Assembly (NCBI GenBank): GCA_002633005.1 | Contig: NMRA01000718.1 | Span: 27,565-91,564 of the forward strand | From: Phoronis australis | Taxonomy: Eukaryota > Animalia > Phoronida | Direction: 5' to 3' | DNA: 64,000 nucleotides | Shown here: in pieces, positions 52,343 through 64,000 of the stretch | Layout of the letters: the number at the start of each line of letters is the position of its first letter | Numbering within the stretch: position 1 is the first letter of the stretch | The notes under the pieces: generated by a model | The model's database searches: none | Told to the model about the DNA's origin: nothing | The model's input: only the letters and a program-made list of their open reading frames with translations | Translations under genes and position numbers: made by a program

Positions 52343-54149
52343 GGCTGTTGAAGCGAGCTGTGTTTGGAGTGTACCAAGGAAGAGGTGCTCCTACAACCCA
52401 TTGAACGCCTCAGCAAAGGCATGCGTGACTTTTGAACTCGTGCCCCAGTGTATGCACGCATGTTGAAGTCCGATTAGACCCCGTTATGTGTACACTGTAT
52501 CAGTACACTAAGAACCATTCTGGCGCAGCTGATAACTGTTATTTATGTACCAGAACAGCTCTGTCTGTCTGTTCCACAAGAAATACAAACATGTAAATAC
52601 GAGGAGTATACTGGACCAAAAACTTCACTACCTTGCACGTAGTCCAATATTTAGCTGATTCCAGTGTAGCCGGCTACAGCAAAAATTCATCACATCAGCA
52701 ATTTTTACTCCAAAGTCACCATTTGAATGAGATTACACTGACCTGAGACACTGCATTCACACTGTTCGTCTTTTGACAGCAATTTGCGCTTTTCAGCCAT
52801 ACATGTAGCTCTGTCAGTAAGACACATCTCGAGAAAGACTTGGCCTTTTTCAAAATTTGTTGCAGTAAAATGCTTCAACGTTGAAAGCGTCTCTTGTATT
52901 TTTCATTAGACTTTCCTTATTATTTTTATGTTTGGGTTAAAATCTAGAGATACACTATGATTAGAAAAGTCCTAAACACTAAACGTAGTCTTGATATTAA
53001 AAATAGGCTCAAATTCTGACATTGTTTTAGCAAATTAATAGATAGGATTTAATGAATATCGTTGAAAGAACACTCCCTATCACTGTATCTTTCAACTTAT
53101 ATTTTCCAAAAACGAAATGGCAGTGTTGTGAATTACACAAATAGTTTCGCCTCTGATCTTAGTTTCAGAAAAAAAGGTTTATCTTCATGTCTGCGCAATT
53201 AGCAGTTATTGAGATATTTCAAAGTTTAAGACGAGGCTCGCGTAACCTTAAATACTGATAAGGTAAAATGTCTTAACGTCATACTCCCAGACTTATGTTG
53301 CTGACCGACGAAATTGAAAGAAATTGCCGGAATTTCATGAAATACTGATTTGTAGCAATTACCAGTTGCCTTACCTGAATTTTGTCCCGGTGGATTGAAC
53401 GTAATTAAATCATCATTTGTTTTCATTTAAGCATTGCTAACATGTTTCAATACTCATGAGATATCGTTTATTACGTCTTGACTTGTTATTTTTGCGACGA
53501 AACCTGACCTTTAAAGCTGACAGAAAAGTAGTTTGTAGAATGGTTTTAAGCAATATCTCGTATGTCGGTTTAGTCACAGAAATACTGTTTTGTCTAATAC
53601 AAATAACATGCCCTTTACAACATACCTTTGACATTTACAAATATACAGTACATATGGTCCCAAACATTCGAAGGAACTCAACGAACGCCAAAGGTGAAAA
53701 TTTGGCGGTGTCAATTTGCCCAAAACCGGATTGTCACTCACATTAGTGTAAATGATCAGTCCAGCTGCAGCGAAGCGTTCCAAATGCTTCGTGACGATTT
53801 ACTTGGAGGAATAGTTAGTTACACGGGCCACGAGCTCAAAAACTATCGTTGGCCGACTTGGTAAACGTTACACTGTTAAGTTACGTGCGTAAGTTAATTC
53901 TTGTTAGAGGCGTGAAGTAATTATTTATGACGTAAAGGAATTAGTTGCGGCGTAAAGTAATTATTTGTGGCCTAAAATAATAATTATATAATTATAATTA
54001 TTGGCGAGTTAATAGGTCCGTCCCGGATTACAGAGCAATAGAACAATTCGTTGTCCGGTAGGTAAGAAAGCGCGTTGTTTTCATTGGCCTAATTTTGCAA
54101 ATATCATGCACATTTTCACAGGTCATATTGCAAACCGTTGAGGCGTGCG

Positions 54150-54390
54150 CCCGTGGAAATTTCCTCCGTTTATGAGTACCGGATATGGAAGGTATCTTCA
54201 ATAATTAGGGAATTCTGTTGGACTCAAAATTGCTCGAACTTGCTTCACCCATTTGTTTTTCCTTGCCTTTGACTGGAGTCCGGAAGGCGATGAACTTAAC
54301 GCCACGCATCCATGGATATTTGCGATGTTTATCCAACTTTCTCCAGTCGCCGATACAGCCCACGGCACAGCGGTAATGCTTCGTTGCCAT
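54150..54390 (-). pseudogene. Degenerate THAP-like N-terminus
   Basis: MATKHYRCAVGCIGDWRKLDKHRKYPWMRGVKFIAFRTPVK, then after a frameshift KWVKQVRA. Confidence 0.6.
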
Positions 54391-55048
54391 TGGAAGGACG
54401 GATATAGTAATGCAGCCAAGAGAAACTAGTAAAGAAAATGACAACAACAAAGAACACTCCAATGAAGCGAAAACTCCAGGCTACAAAAGTGTCTGGCGGA
54501 TAGTGCGGCAGTAGAGATTCGAGTGTCACTGTGTAATCCTGGACGGCCCTATTGTATCGGTCAAAACATCTTTCATGAACGCGTCCAACTGAATCGTCAC
54601 AAGGTGATACAAAGAGCGTTCCATACAATTGACATTTACGGATATATATAGGGTGGTGGCCGGGATGTCGGTCCGATTTAAAACAACACCATCAGCAGAT
54701 ATGAGATCTAGAGATATCACCTGATTTTCAGCTATACGTTTAGTTCTATCACAGATGCGAGTAAGCAGGTAGTACATATCAGCAGACCACTCGCCTACGT
54801 AACAGCCCTTCATTCTGTACTACTTGCGTGCCGTAGACGCAAGGAACCCGCGAAGAAGCACTATCTAGCGAAACATGTCACAAACAGATTTATTTTCAAA
54901 TGTCTTAGGTCTAGGCAGCGCAGACTTGGATTGGACGACTCTTATACCATAAGCATGGAATCTGTTATGAGGTCAACATATGCCATTACTAACTTGAACG
55001 CGAGTTTTGTCGTTTATGTTATAGGAACCGATTTTCTTATCATTCCAG

Positions 55049-55129
55049 GGTTATCAACAACGCTCTACTAACCAACTTGTCTAAGGAAGATTTGACTGTG
55101 CTGGGAAATTTGACTCGACTGTCTGAAGT
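55049..55129 (+). CDS. LRR protein, internal phase-2/phase-2 exon (one LRR unit)
   Basis: Acceptor TTTTCTTATCATTCCAG; reads (L)VINNALLTNLSKEDLTVLGNLTRL(SEV). In-frame donors after 55120 (GTCTGA, 72 nt) or after 55129 (GTGAGC, 81 nt). Confidence 0.78.
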
Positions 55130-55688
55130 GTGAGCAGAACTTACTTTCATGTCACAAGACCCGTATGTGTAACGTGAATTGTTAGACTGTAGATCAATAG
55201 ACAACAGGGAGGGAGGCAATTACTAAAATATAAAACAAGAACGTAAGTTCATTTTACGCCAATCCATTAGGATGCTAAGAACAGTTCCCCCAGGGTTTTG
55301 CCTGGCGCTGCACGCGTCACTGGACTTGTTGCTATGAACAAAATCAAAAGTTGTGAGTCGTTCCACATCAAAACTGCTAGTCTAGACAAGGCCATAAAAT
55401 CTTAATTCTGTCTCACTTTTTTAACGTTCACTTTCACCAAAAATAGAAGCGTGACTATGAGAAAAAGGTGGACAAACGCAAATTTGAATCTTCAGCCCCA
55501 AACCACCACTTCCTTTCCGATGCTGAACATAAGCCAACACCAGATTGTGAACATAAATTTCCTTTCAAAAGCTTATTCAGTCACCTGTTGTTAAGTGACC
55601 TTTTGATGTGCAGATGTCCATGTGGGAACCTCAGTGAAAACCTCGTGGTTTTGACAGTCGAATAATGGAGCGGCAAATGAGCGCGTTA

Positions 55689-55779
55689 TATGGGCGGCAC
55701 ACCATAGGGGGCTGGGGAAGGGGGCTGGGGGCGGAGGGTGGGGCTACAGCCCCACTTTTTCAATGCTGCGCCGCCCATG
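55689..55779. mobile_element. ~90-bp GC-rich MITE
   Basis: TATGGGCGGC...GCCGCCCATG TIR; related to 18801-18953. Confidence 0.65.
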
Positions 55780-56703
55780 GTCTATCGGCGGTACACCACA
55801 GGGCGGCTGGGAGTTATAGCTCCCCACGTTTTTCAATTCAGTTATGCGCCACCCTTGCGTTATCGTTTTGCATGATTCCGAATACACAATTAGACTACAG
55901 TACTGGCTTATTTAGTTGCAAATCGTTTAACGCTGAACCCGTGACACAATTCGTGGTTATTCAAAGCCTATCTTGAATGATGGCACCTGTACATTTGGTT
56001 CCTACTGTATGTCAGTAGCATCACTCTGAGTCCACTAATGCCATAAATTGCCAAATGTAACAAACTGTTAGGCGTATTGGCTTGCTTTTGTCTACGTCAC
56101 CCCGGGAATCAACTTTTAATTCAAACAGGTAAGAATAACACCCGCACGCAATAGTTTTCTTTTCAGACCCCTATTCAATACAACTGTTATCGGTCTTTTG
56201 CAGTTTGTGCTGGGGTCTCGCGGTGACGCAACATGGCACGGAAAGTCAGCTTCATTTATCATTTGACGGGCTTACACTTGTGTGATTGAACTCGCGTTTT
56301 CTTATTTTACTAAGGCTTTGCTAGGATTACCTGGTTAGCCCAGTACATCTAAAACAACAAAATTCCGTTGAAGTCAGGCTTTAAAGGCGAAAGCAACCCT
56401 TTTCATGTCATTTTTAGCAAAAATAAGATTATTTGATTATTTCAGGCATATTTTTTACTTAATTACAACTTTTCGTAATTTAATTAATTAGTCTTCCATT
56501 ACTACGGAAGCGACGTTTTGGCAGGCAAGAATTCCGCGCCAATTTGGTTCTGCGTTGAGTTTACTTTGAGGATCTGTACTACTTTTGTTTTCGTGCTGTT
56601 TTTCTAAAATTGTCCCATCGGCGAGTATTCTACGACAAGCTAGGTTGTTAGAGAACTCAATTACGTCAGATTTAGGAATTGTCTAGTTTGTAGTAACCTG
56701 AAA

Positions 56704-56848
56704 ATGGCTGAAGTCGGTGACCCATATCACAGTTACAATAGTGACGTGAGTAAAGGGACATTGTTCTTAGCAGTGTTGACGAGGAAATTTTTCACGGACA
56801 CTCAATGGGTGGGCATATGTTGAGCCCGAGTATAATGAGGCAGAGTAC
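56704..56848 (+). pseudogene. KolX-like N-terminal stub (copy 3)
   Basis: MAEVGDPYHSY... followed by a frameshifted EPEYNEAEY. Confidence 0.65.
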
Positions 56849-56859
56849 ACACAGGCACA

Positions 56860-57647
56860 ACTGTCCCACTTGATGGTGACCTGAGCACCCAAACTGCTTA
56901 CATAATACCGCCGTGTGACTCCCCTCACCACACACCTGGCTTCAATAGTTTTAGACAAGTCCACAATAAACTTATCAAAGTTTAGCTCACCGATGTGATG
57001 ACTGGACGACGAACTCAGTGTCCTCTTCACTGAGTGTCGAACTGAGCTTCTGTTCTCTCCTATTACTCAACATCGCCGCAGGGCTGCTTACAGGCTCTGG
57101 GCAAGAGACAACAGCACAGGGCGAATTACTGCTAGTTCCCGGAATTGTACATTCGGAGGCACAGGTGATAGTAGATGAAGTGCCTACAGTCACTGTAGTC
57201 ACTGCAGTCACTGCAGTGACTGCAGTGACTGCAGTGACTGCAGTGACTGCAGTCACTGCAGTCACTGCAGTCACTGCAGTCACTGTAGTGGCCACAGCTC
57301 GCGAAGCTTGTCGTTTCAAAAACGCACTTGTCGGGGGTGGCTAGGGGGCACTGCCTTGAGCCAAAAGCGACGGTATGGCACCCTTCTACAGGCGTTGTTT
57401 CGCAGGGACCTTCATCAGTTCAGAGTACATATCTCTTTCGCAATCTGACGGCAGAAAATGCTTGCCACACACTCCGTAACCCTCCACTGCTTTGTACGTT
57501 GCGTGGACGGGTAACGCTGCGTTCTTCACACGAACGAGACAAGTACGGCGAAGTGTGTCATCCTCTCGGAAAGCTATTCAAAGGTACTCCCGAAGCGCGC
57601 GTGAGACGATAATTAGTACACCCCAGTACGCAGCAACAGTGTGGCAT
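56860..57647 (-). pseudogene. THAP-transposase 5' portion (copy 3)
   Basis: MPHCCCVLGCTNYRLTRASGVPLNSFP / VCGKHF / GAIP, a linker with TAV repeats, then DKFIVDLSK...SLGAQVTIKWD. Contains frameshifts and stops. Confidence 0.85.
57187..57285. repeat. 9-bp quasi-palindromic minisatellite, 11 units
   Basis: CAGT(C/G)ACTG units; 57214-57285 is (CAGTGACTG)4(CAGTCACTG)4. Confidence 0.95.
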
Positions 57648-60600
57648 GTTGATTGACTCGTAAACAAAAGCAAACGACGACCGAACTTACCACAACCGAG
57701 GTAGAACAATGACTGACTCGACAGCTCTCGCAGTCGGGCTATATGAAAAGAAAAAAGCGCGAAGTTCTTGTCTCCAAAAACGTCTCTTCCGGAGTAGAGG
57801 CCGAGTAATTAATTAAATCACAAAAAGCTGTAATTAAATGAAAAATGTGTGTGGGATAATCCACGACCCTTTTTTTGCTAAATATGACATGAAAAAAGGT
57901 TGCCTTCGCCTTTAAGGGCTACCTGAAATTGCACCCGATTTCTCAGTCGCCACGTAGAAACGCAACAATTATTTTAGGAGGCCGCCATTTTGAAGGAAAG
58001 TGTAACTATCTACACACAAACTAAAAGTGACTTTTCTTAACTTGTTCACACATACAACAACAAAACACAACAAACAGATTCACCGATCTTACTAGTAATG
58101 CCTGCCTCAAAGCGACTGCCAAACCTGCCTCCCGTCCAGTAGCGCTAGGACCTCGTTAAAATGCAAGATTTCGCGAGATCATGTGAAATATTGCCGTGTA
58201 GATTAAGTGAGAACACGTGACTTTAGATAGATTTTAGCTAGGTCCTAGCGTAGGTCCTAGCGTTACTGAATGCACGCCCGGTCTATCGCAAATGTTTGAT
58301 TTCTATCATGTGGCTACAGTCTAACTGTACAGCGACACTTTCATTCAGTTGAAAGCAATCAAAGTCGAATTCAACGCAGTCTCTCATTGGCTCATTGAAT
58401 TGATGAAGTGAGTAGTGCCGAAAAGCAAGCGGCCGTGACATCTACAAGGAGAGATATGTTTCTAACTTTATTATTACCCCTGTGTGAAAGCGTGTGTTGA
58501 AGGTGATCGCGAAACTAATCGGCGATTTTCCCACCACAAGCGAAAACGTTTATTTCCAAATTAACAACAACAAAGGGCAATTGTAACCCCTTATTATGAG
58601 TAATACGTCCACTCAGGATATTGTTTGACCATATACTATAGTACACGGAACGCCAACTCCGTATATTTTCAATGGACGAAATACATGTAAGTGATCTTTA
58701 AGCCGTGACGTCATTATTCACTACGGACACCTAGCAGATACAGTACGCATTACTTCTGGGAAGTACGTCGTCTGCTAATCCTGGTCATTTCGTCGCAATT
58801 TGGATCGGCGATATTGCCCAACTCACATCCGTGTTTAAATAAATTGAGTGCTCGTAAAATGTTAACTTCTTAAATAAAGCTCATGTTAATACTCCAGAAA
58901 TAGCCACCAGACCTACTTAAGAACCAATTTCGCACTTCAACATCAGTTTCCTTGACCTTTCATTTTAGGCTCGAATGCACGCCGGTGCCGCTCAAAATTT
59001 CTATACTCTGTTGTTGGAAGACCTGGAACGACGTTTCAATGCCAAAAATATATTTTTCGTGTACTAGACAGTGAAAAAGATGGAAGCCACCGAAAGCTGA
59101 GCTTGCTATGTTTAGAGGGTGACGCCTTCTTTAGGGTATTTCGCAAGAAAATGTCGGAGTTGCGAATCTGTTGTCTATAATCTATGGTTTGACTAGTGTG
59201 CTGTGGTATTGCTCGATGAAAATGTTCAATACTTGATCCATAACTGTTGTCTGCATTAGACGATTAATTCAGACATGAGCAATGGCGTCAGGCGATGTTA
59301 CCACGTGACACGAGGTATCCGGAAAGGAGCGTACGTAACTTGGGTGTGCCTGTTTCAAGTAAATTTCACCTGAAGGGCGTCATTTTTGCCCGTATGCACG
59401 TACGCGAGGTTGTGCGTTTAGGTTATAGCTTTGATCATAAGGTGTACACCTGTATATATGAGATGTACAACCAAAGCCGCTCTTTAATCACCTAAGGAAA
59501 ACCCGGCCCCAACATAGGGCCCAAACTCTTGAAGAAAATGTTTACTGAGAGACCAAACAGATTTGACAAAGTTTACTTTATTAGAGTCATGTTTTAACGG
59601 TTGTTCAACATGAAAGAGAAGGATTTTGGTGTCTCTCAGTCTTAGAGACTTTTTCAAAAGCCCATGCGGCTCAACAGGAGAGTCCACGTTTCTGCCAGCT
59701 GTCCGCACAGGAGTTTCGTAATTTCGAAATTGTCATCAGAATTCATAGGGTAGGCGTGACGTAATGCCTTCGAGAGGAGGGGCACTGGTAATTCCACATC
59801 AGTTTTCTATCTGTGTAATTCACTATTTTAGTGCAACACATTTGTTCTTTGAATGGGTCGCACAGACGAAAGTTAACGCAAATAGGATCTTTTCGGATTG
59901 TCTTATCAGCATCTATTCTGAAATTAATGTTGCGTTGGATGATTTGAGATTTGTATATCTCCGCACCTTTGGGCTGGAAATATTAGTGTACGCTCTGGTT
60001 TCGCACGCGCGGTAGTAGTAAGCTTCGTTGGCTGGTTCCATTCTGTTTGGATCATGTACCGACTTTGGTAAATGCATTGCAGATATCTCAAAAATCTCTG
60101 AACCGGAAATGGTCAAGTAGGCTCGCATGCCGGAAGTTTTAAAAATGTGGGAAGTCAGCAGGATACCCCTAGTGAGGAGTGACATTATCCGAACAATTTA
60201 GCGGATTCGTGCATTAACATTATATAGCGTTGCAGCACATGCACTATAGTTTACGCCTAACCCGATTTATTCGGCCACTGAATTTAAGAGTAAGCTACAG
60301 GCGATATAGCCTCGTTCCTTACCGCCAGAGGGACACAGTTGTCTCTGAGAATGAGAATTAATCTGTGGGAGCATGTAGTAGTTGTAATTATTAATTGACA
60401 AGAACGATAAAAAATATTGCAGGTCTTCACGACCCCTTAATGAAATGTAGTCGGTAAACTGATTGAGATGAGTATTGGCTAAATGTAATGAAGCTTTATA
60501 TCGGGAAACAATTGACGGAACATATGGCGAGTTCTAGCAAAGTAAATGATTTCTTTCAGTAATATTGGCGCTTTGCCATTTCGCTGTAGAACACGATAAT

Positions 60601-61720
60601 TAGTACATGCGTGTAGCTGTCGTCATGTTTTTCCACATGTAATTTCCCCTTGTATTTACATGGAGGACGTCTGTTGTTAACTCACGAGTGAGATGACTAC
60701 ACGACAAGTCTTTATTTCTAAGAGAATGTTGTACTTTCTAAAAAGTTAAACAAAATGCCAAGCTCTGTCATGGCGCGGTGTCCCGTTTGACTCTTTTTAC
60801 GGCATAACCTGGTTATTTTCCATCTCATAATTCATGAATTATACCTCACAATTCCACGGTCAAACCCCAATCAGTCAATTAGTCGCCTCCATCTTGCTAG
60901 GTTATGCTAGTACAACCTCGAACTTACAGTGTCCTGACGTACAGTGTAACACGCCTTTGAAATGCACTCGCATGAGTTTGCCTGATCTTGCTTTTCGCGC
61001 AGGAGACTCGATCTAGTGAATGCATCGCTGTTCTTTTCACCTGTTCTTTGTGATATTTTGATCAACCAAATTTTATTTTAACTAAAGATTCAGTTTTAAT
61101 TTAGGAAGGATTCTCACAGGCTTTGCACATTTCTAAGTAGCATTCAGTCATTTTTAGGAAATAGTGGTGTGGATTCTAACCCTATTTATTACTTTTAAGT
61201 AATTTGACTTAAAACTTAAAAGTTTTAAGTCAAATTTCATGAAACTGATCCCAGAACAGATTGTTGCCACATGAAATTTTAGTAAAATCGTACATTGCTT
61301 GAATTCTGAGTTTCACGGAGAAAAACTATTTTAAAAGTTAAAAAGTTGTGACTTATATTGCTCATTGAAGAATTTATAAGGAATGTGATTGATTTCAGGC
61401 ACCTCAAAAACAACAGAATTGAAGTCCTTGCACCGTTTACGTTTGAAGCTCTACATTCAGTGGAAACCTTGTAAGTTTGTAAAACGGTATACATCGACAT
61501 TAATTTTGATCTAATAGTTCATTAAGTCATGTCGTCACTTTTGTCGATGCTCGTTAACATATTTGAAAGCGAAGGAAAATTCCTACTTGTCGAAGTTCGG
61601 CTCGCTTAATATCTAAATCGGCGTTTGTAGGTACCGCTGTAGCTTCATTCATGTCTTTCATGTTTGAGAAATTAACCTCTCCGAGTCTTCATGATTGATA
61701 TTCTAATCACCGGTTTATAG

Positions 61721-61792
61721 AGATCTCAGGAATAACAGTATTCGAAGACTTGAGGGCCACGTATTCTATGGCATGACTGAGGTTCACACTAT
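61721..61792 (+). CDS. LRR protein, internal 72-nt phase-2/phase-2 exon (one canonical LRR)
   Basis: TTTATAG|A GAT CTC AGG AAT AAC AGT ATT...ACT AT|GTAAGT encodes xDLRNNSIRRLEGHVFYGMTEVHT(I/M), fitting LxLxxNxIxxLxxxxFxGMxxVxxI. Confidence 0.9.
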
Positions 61793-62312
61793 GTAAGTAT
61801 TTGAACACACCTTCTGTCAGTTAAACCATTTAGTGAAATTAAGTTCACATACTACTGAATCTGTGCCTGGGTGCATAGAACAGATCCAAATAGGCACTCA
61901 GCTATGTTCCTTAAATCTGCGTATTTGTGGAATTGTGAAAGCACTAATTGCTCTTTCTTATGCTGTTTACGTTTTATTGCTAAGTGAATTTAACGTTAAA
62001 ATATATCAAACGCGGTTGTGGCGTACCAACTGATATTAAAAACGACTTTCCCATCCTTTCCCCAGAAACAAAATGATATTGTAACCATCGTCAACGCTCA
62101 AAAGCTTGGAGAACATTTTGAAAACTCTGTACAAACCATGTTAAACGTGGAAGCTTGGCATACACGAGAACCGTGATATCTAATCTATGACACTGAGAGT
62201 ACGAGTTTGTAGTTAAATCATGCTTTATCAGTCACGTGGGACGCCAGGGATCCTTTTAATTCTCAACATTATAGAGCATAAGCAGCTCGATCTAGCGACG
62301 TCCCTTATTTAA

Positions 62313-62763
62313 AGGAGAATGACACCCCAAAACAACCTATTTTGTATCAATTTAGATCGAGTAGTTTTACTCGATAACAGCACGTTCGGTTGCGTTACCT
62401 AGCACCTGACGGCAGACGGAGGTGTTGAAATGGGCTATTCGGAGAATTCTCCTCGCGGTGTCGCTGCTGTACTAGTGGTGATTGAATAGCGCGTGCGTGG
62501 CTGTCTGCATGTAAACAACTGGTAAAAGATGGAATTTTTATCAAAATACGTCGTCACGCTAAGCCTTATTACCGCTAATTTCTCTGGCGCAAGTCTTCGA
62601 CAGGTGGCCACAAATTCCCAAAAGACTTAAAGTTACTATATTCGTGGACAACTGCGGTCAACAGGGTCAACTAACTGACAAAAAGTGTGTGGATGCTGAA
62701 GCCCCGTGTGTGCTCTATGTCTATGACTATGCAGTTCCTTCGGGGACTACACAACATTACTTG
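62313..62763 (+). mobile_element. Left end of another Kolobok-like element with a degenerate THAP exon
   Basis: TTAA|AGGAGAATGACACCCC terminus. From 62603: GGHKFPKDLKLLYSWTTAVNRVN*LTKSVWMLKPRVCSM, then a shifted DYTTLL and a GTAAGT donor. No right TIR was found. Confidence 0.6.
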
Positions 62764-64000
62764 GTAAGTTTTTAGCAATCAGTTTCTATCAACATCGTTC
62801 GGTGATGTTATCCCCACCAGTTACCCCACTGAATAACAGTTTTATTGAGTGGAACTAAGTGTTTCTTTTTGGAAACTCACCCGATGCCGGGTAGGCTAGC
62901 AGCACATATTCATATTGTCCTGGGTGGGAGTGCTCCCAAAATAAGAGGTGTATGGTACGTGATGCACGGAAGTCAAGAGTGACTTTTTCACAGCAGTTTC
63001 TCTTCAAAACTATGCTTGCTGTTTCCAATAAAATTCTCTAGATGAGTGAGTTTCCTTATTTTATCGTGGACCCCACCCCCAGGAACACCAGCTCAGTTAT
63101 CGAATTAACATGAATAAGTCTTAATTCAGTAAATGTCGTAACATTGCATTGGAAAAAATTGACACCTAGAATGAATTTTAATTGTTGGGATCAGAAGCAC
63201 ATTTTAAGTGTCATGAAAAATACACATTGTTAAATCACTTTTAGCCTGTTTCACATATTTTTATGCAGATATTAAATAAGACTTGGGTACAAAGGTTATT
63301 AGTTTCTACACATAAACATGAAGATGAAATGTCAAGTATGTTCTGCCTTACAAAAGTAGTTTTGTCTTGTCTTTTCTTTTACAATTTGCTAATATTTCTA
63401 TTCTGTTACAGGCAAGAAAAAACAACTGAAACCAACCGCCTGACCATCTATTTCACCGTTGGACAAAGTGAAAAGCAATCCTTCAGCAATAACCTGAGAG
63501 AATTGAACGTAATTCAGAAATTCAGCACCTGATATGCCTGATTATGGACTCCCTCGCAATGTTGTTTCTTTCTGTGCTTTTTCAGTTTGCCATTTGTTTT
63601 TAAATACACTGATAATTGTTTATTCTCGAATCTTGTGCATAGCAGATTCTTATCCAGCTAGCTACAATTGAAAACATACAATAAGACAATCGATGCAGTC
63701 ACTGAATGTCATTTCCCCATAATCTGTACCAAATTGAAAAGTTTTTACCAATAGTATAAAGCCTTTCTTCTGAAAGGAAAATTTAATGTCACTCAGCTTT
63801 TGGCTTTCATTTCACTGGGTTCTAGTTTCAATGGCCTATAGAAGCGCTTGTAAAAAAGGTCCAGTTTCAACACGTGGCTTTCTTTCATGTAACCTCATTC
63901 AGCCTCAATAACATCCACAATTAGACCCTTGAAGGTAAACACAGCAGCATATCACTTGAATCGTTTTGAGCCCAAAATCAGACTCTGAACTAGACCAGAG

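Larger units (their letters stand above)
56385..57911 (-). mobile_element. Kolobok-type non-autonomous element, copy 3 (inverted, more diverged, fully sequenced)
   Basis: TTAA TSD at 56381-56384 and 57912-57915, AGGCGAA(A/G)GCAACC TIRs. THAP-transposase stub on -, KolX-like stub on +. Confidence 0.92.

Noticed and set aside
57018-57344. Plus-strand ORF with a hydrophobic N-terminus and TAV repeats as a mucin or antifreeze-like gene
   Set aside because: It starts at GTG rather than ATG and is the antisense frame of the transposase stub.
58969-59067. FYTLLLEDLERRF, reminiscent of hAT transposase C-terminal regions
   Set aside because: A single short motif with no other supporting blocks.
63412-63532. 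Acceptor followed by an open frame (QEKTTETNRLTIYF...) as the next LRR exon
   Set aside because: It lacks the LRR pattern and has no phase-2 donor at the expected length.

Overview
AT-rich, repeat-dense eukaryotic draft-assembly DNA with N gaps and single-n contig joins, most likely from an invertebrate animal (inference). There are no prokaryotic features, rRNA, recognisable tRNA or CRISPR. One host gene is supported: a + strand secreted or cell-surface leucine-rich-repeat (LRR) protein. Its three exons (35353-35582, 55049-55120 or 55129, 61721-61792) are separated by phase-2 introns of about 19.5 kb and 6.6 kb and splice into a continuous LRR. The rest is mostly transposon material: three copies of an internally deleted Kolobok-type element (TTAA-AGG...CCT-TTAA ends, ~158-bp TIRs, convergent THAP-transposase and KolX-like stubs), five further THAP remnants, a 715-bp foldback element with an 8-bp TSD, degraded Merlin, Academ-like, Tc1, CR1-type and RTE elements, several MITE families and minisatellites. 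The first 5 kb holds two allelic-looking duplications joined at single n's. Most ORFs in the supplied track are spurious. Family assignments rest on motifs I recognised by eye, not on database searches.
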